64,000 bases of DNA from the NCBI GenBank assembly GCA_043228905.1, contig JBHGNT010000006.1, positions 15,314,001-15,378,000 of the forward strand, read 5' to 3'. A program made the translations under genes and the position numbers. Within the stretch, counting starts at the first letter, position 1, and every line of letters begins with the position of its first letter. Shown piece by piece: positions 60,458 through 64,000 of this stretch. The stretch is from Azolla caroliniana (taxonomy: Eukaryota; Plantae; Polypodiophyta). Below the pieces are notes generated by a model. The model worked only from the letters and a program-made list of their open reading frames with translations. It searched no databases and was not told the origin of the DNA.

Positions 60458-62787
60458 AGGGGCCGAGAAGGGTTCGACGTACAAGGTACTGTCCCACGGG
60501 CGTGCCATGTGTTACCGGCCGGCAAGGAGTCCAAATTACGGAGTGAAGGAATTAATTAGATATGGTTGTAAATGAGCATAGTGTGGACAGACGGACTGGA
60601 AACGGTATGCCGTTCCAGATCCGGACGGATCCCGAATAGGTGCGAGAGGCACCGTTTTGTACTACGGGCCGGAAACCTATTTAAAGGCCCGGACCCCATT
60701 GTAATGACAGCGGATAATTAATAGAGCTTATGATGTTTATACTTTTGTCTTGATTTCCGTTCTGTAATTACTGTTATATCTTACGCGTGCAATTAACCAA
60801 AGCATTCTAATCGTGTAACTTACGTAAGTCGTTGTAATCGTTGAATCTTAATCCTATGCCGTAATCACCCTTTGGTGAAGTGTCTCCGTGACACCTTGTG
60901 TTAGGCCTTGTCCGGCTAGCAAATAACAGAAACGAGTGGATTTCGACGAGATCTTCGCCCCAGTAGTCAAGATGACATCCATCCGGACTATGTTTAGCAT
61001 TGCGGCAAGCATGGACCTCAAGGTAGAGCAACTAGAAGTCAAGACAATGTTTCAGCAACCTCGAAGAAGAGATCTACATGCAACAACCGGAGGGATTTAT
61101 TAAGAAAGGGAGCACCTGTTGTGCTAGTTGAAGAAGAACTTGTACGGATTGAAGCAAGATCCTCAGCAATGGCACCAGAAGTTTGACTCCTTCATGACCG
61201 ATCAAGGACACCACAAGACGTAGACCGACCACTGCGTGTCCGTGAATAAATTTGATGGAGGGAACTTTTGGATACTCCTACTGTATGTGGATGACATTCT
61301 GATCGTCGGACCGGACTAGATCAAATTCTGAAATCTGAAGAAGGCTTTGAATCGGACCTTCTCAATGAAAGATTTGGGCCTGACGAGACAAATATTGGGG
61401 ATGCACATAGTGTAGCACTGGATGAAGAAGCCTTTGTGGTTGTAATAGGAGAAGTATGTGATGAAGGTGCTCCAACGATTCAACATGTCGTATGCTAAGT
61501 CGATCGGGTTGACACTTCCGGCCAACTGCAAGTTGTCCGCGAAGCAGAGCCCGAAGACAAAGGTAGAGAAGTCGGAGATGATGAAGATACCATATGCCTC
61601 TGACGTCGGAAGCTTGATGTACGCAATGGTGTGTACACAGCCGGATATCGGATATGAAGTTGGAGTTGGAGTGGTCAACTGGACACTAGATCGCGGTAAA
61701 GTGGATACTCTGGTACTTGAAAGGCACCTCAAGTATGTGCCTCCGATTTAATTCAAGTAAACCCCAACTTGAAGGATTCATGGATTTGGATATGTCGTCT
61801 AATGCAGATACTAGCTGGTCTACATTCGGACACGTCATGACATGTGCAGGGGGAGCCATATTGTGGCAGTCGAGGTTGCAGAAGTTCGTTGCACTGTCGA
61901 CAATGGAACGGAGTATATGGCGTCATGGAAGCCGACAAAGAAGTAATCTGGATGAAGGACTTCATCGAGAGCTCGGGATCCAGCAGGAGGAATTCCGGCT
62001 CTACTGTGACAATCAAAGTGTTATCCACCTAGCGAAGAACGTAGCCTACCAGTCCCGGATAAAGCACATCCAGAGGAGATATCACTAGCTCTGGGAGAAG
62101 GTAGAAGATAAAGAGTTCTGGCTAATGAAGATCCATACAGAAGAGAACGGGTCAGACATGCTAACCAAGGTGTTGTCAGCCAACAAGGTAGATGTGTGCC
62201 AGAGACGGATCAGAATGACGGGATATCCCATGCGAGAGTGAAGGGGAATTGGTTGGGAAACAGTTCCCTCCAGATGGGACCCGGATGAGCCGAAGGAACC
62301 AGGCCGAATGGGTCCAGAAGGTACCCGGATATCGGATCGGATGGATCCGGAAGGAGTCCAACTAGATCCGGTATGAACCAGCAAGTAGGAACATATTTGT
62401 GAATATGTTTAGACGTGACCCTCGAGGTCATATTTGTAAATAGACCATAAGTTATATGAGTATATAAATATAACTAGTGCAAATAGTGTTTTATAGAGGT
62501 TTTATTATTATTAATGTTGTTCAGAGAGAGTGAGAGAGTGAGAGTGAAACAGAAAGTATTTTTTGTTGTAACCGCCAGTTGGCGAGGACATACAACTCAA
62601 GGTCATTGCCTCCTAGTCTTCTGTTGTATTCTCCCTCTTATAGTGGTAGTTGGAGTCTGTGGGCTCCCTTGGTTTTTCCCGTTTAGGGTTTTCCAAGTTA
62701 ATATCCTGTGTCGTCTCATTTTCTATTTTTTTGCTTTCTTCCTTTGAGTGATTTAGACTCAGTTGTGGCCGAGCACTATTCTGAACA

Positions 62788-62990
62788 AAACCATGGGGGT
62801 GACAAATGATTGTCTTTCCCTGATCTCTATATCACTTTTTTTATGGCGGCTCCCCGAGGCTCAACCATGTATGTTCATGTCATGAATAGTCTAGACACGA
62901 AAAAATGTTAACAATAAACTATGTCTTTGTGCCCACCCATATGGTTTCGGCTCTTTAAATCTTATTACGAGGACCCCAAAGTGCACTTAG
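62788..62990 (-). mobile_element. Fragment homologous to the 5' leader of B
   Basis: The reverse complement catggttgagcctcggggagccgccat...atagagatc..gaaagaca...ccatggtttt matches ~3415-3500. Confidence 0.7.
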
Positions 62991-63500
62991 ACCTAAAGTC
63001 TAAACATGTTTTATAGTCATATATATCAATAATGTTGTATGGTCATGATAATATTTGAACTCGAAACCTCGAGAACAAATACATTAAACACTTGAGCTAA
63101 CAAAATTGGAGCAAAGTTTATTCGTATGAGAGATATATGAAGGCATTTGCCTATATATGTTTTTTAAAAGAAAACATATGTGTCTAGAAACCTTATTTCC
63201 CCCTCGTTAACTAGACAACTATGTTGGTAACGTTACCCAACCTCAAGTCTCATAATTACGATGGCATATGCCAATGTGCAACCTAATGGTCAAGTCACAC
63301 TAGCCCTCTTTTTCGTAGTAGGCCTATGTGGCCCATCACATGGTTACGTCATTACGAATGCCTATCGTAATGATGATCTCATGTGGCATCATCATCATGT
63401 AATGAGTGAGGAATGTTGGATGTATGTGTCATATGATTGACACCCACATGAAGTGGTTCAAGCCCTTATGCTCACAACGCACAACATCATTGTGGCAATG

Positions 63501-63762
63501 TGTAAAAGATATTGTGCAGAAGCTAAAACGAAACCGGAGGGTCCGGTTAGTAGTAGAACACAGAACGGAGATTTTAATAGAAAGCTTGAATACACAGGAG
63601 AGACACAGAGAGAGCAGAACAATATAAACTCAATTTCAAAATAATAACACTTTGTACATATGAATGTGTTACAGAACACTTTTTATACAAGTCCTTAAAA
63701 GGACTGACATGTACTTCAATGCTCATGCGAGCGACTAACAGTAACTCCAAGGACTATGACTA
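63501..63762 (-). repeat. Partial LTR of the F/G/I Copia family
   Basis: ttttatacaagtcc...gactgac..gtacttcaatgctca is the reverse complement of the I/F LTR core; left end tgtaaaag. Confidence 0.8.
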
Positions 63763-63861
63763 TGTTGTCGTCATGTATTTCGTTCACTACGTGAAAAACG
63801 TATAAAGTACCTGATTCAATAAATATAAAGAAAAAGTAGGAAATATAATAATATGTATTAC

Positions 63862-63930
63862 ATGCATAGGACAAGATTTGAACCTTGTACCTCCATGTTA
63901 ATAATTTAAAGCTTTACCATTACACTAACA
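63862..63930 (-). ncRNA. tRNA-like cassette near the start of a probable new LTR (~63763 onward)
   Basis: Minus strand TAGTGTAATGGTAAAGC...ACATGGAGGTACAAGGTTCAAATCTTG; similar to the C cassette. Confidence 0.6.
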
Positions 63931-64000
63931 CATCATGAGTGCTAAAAAAGTAGATATCCCACATACAAAGGTTACTTCACGCATATTTTCTAGGAAAAAG

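Larger units (their letters stand above)
51079..60928 (+). mobile_element. Element J: young, near-intact non-chromovirus Ty3/Gypsy (Athila/OTA-like) with an extra 3' ORF
   Basis: 419-bp LTRs 51079-51497 and 60510-60928 (~6 mismatches); perfect TSD gaaac; PBS tggcgaccac at 51504 (tRNA-Arg-like). Confidence 0.96.
50058..62787 (+). mobile_element. Element K: degenerate Tork/Tnt1-like Copia (internal deletion of PR and most of IN at ~50428), interrupted by J; 3' LTR ~62251-62787
   Basis: MASTSG..RKFEGSNFNFWKE gag; WDLVDRKVFRSRDMVF; RT on both sides of J (LLYVDDILI); RH ALST, LYCDNQ; PPT gagtgaaggggaa. Confidence 0.85.

Overview
The window is a TE-packed, heterochromatin-like block from a eukaryote, most likely a non-seed land plant (moss, liverwort, lycophyte or fern; inferred from Tcn1-like chromoviruses, a tRNA-Trp-primed non-chromovirus Gypsy and plant-type introns). 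It contains no intact host gene. Almost all of it is nested LTR retrotransposons, whose ends were mapped by eye from TG..CA termini, PBS, PPT and TSDs. Copia A (14-23407) holds chromovirus B (1532-16288), which holds Gypsy C (7766-15526, minus); A also holds the very young chromovirus D (18818-22404). Chromovirus E (minus, ~23413-34690) holds Copia F (25573-31030) and two solo LTRs. Next come Copia G (truncated), Copia I (with an internal 1.56-kb inversion and a solo LTR), and an intron-containing hAT transposon that appears to carry an ATP synthase beta fragment. Copia K holds a near-intact Athila-like Gypsy J (51079-60928) with a large extra 3' ORF. The most striking unexplained pattern is a tRNA-like Pol III A-box/B-box cassette, antisense in the U3 of LTRs from several distinct Gypsy families; in D and E it lies directly upstream of heat-shock-element arrays and a TATA box. 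Also notable: a slippery-site plus pseudoknot -1 frameshift signal between protease and RT in C, CpG-centred 4-bp TSDs for the C family, and duplicated PPTs flanking an in-frame basic C-terminal extension in the F/G/I Copia family. All alignments were done by eye, so lineage names are tentative.
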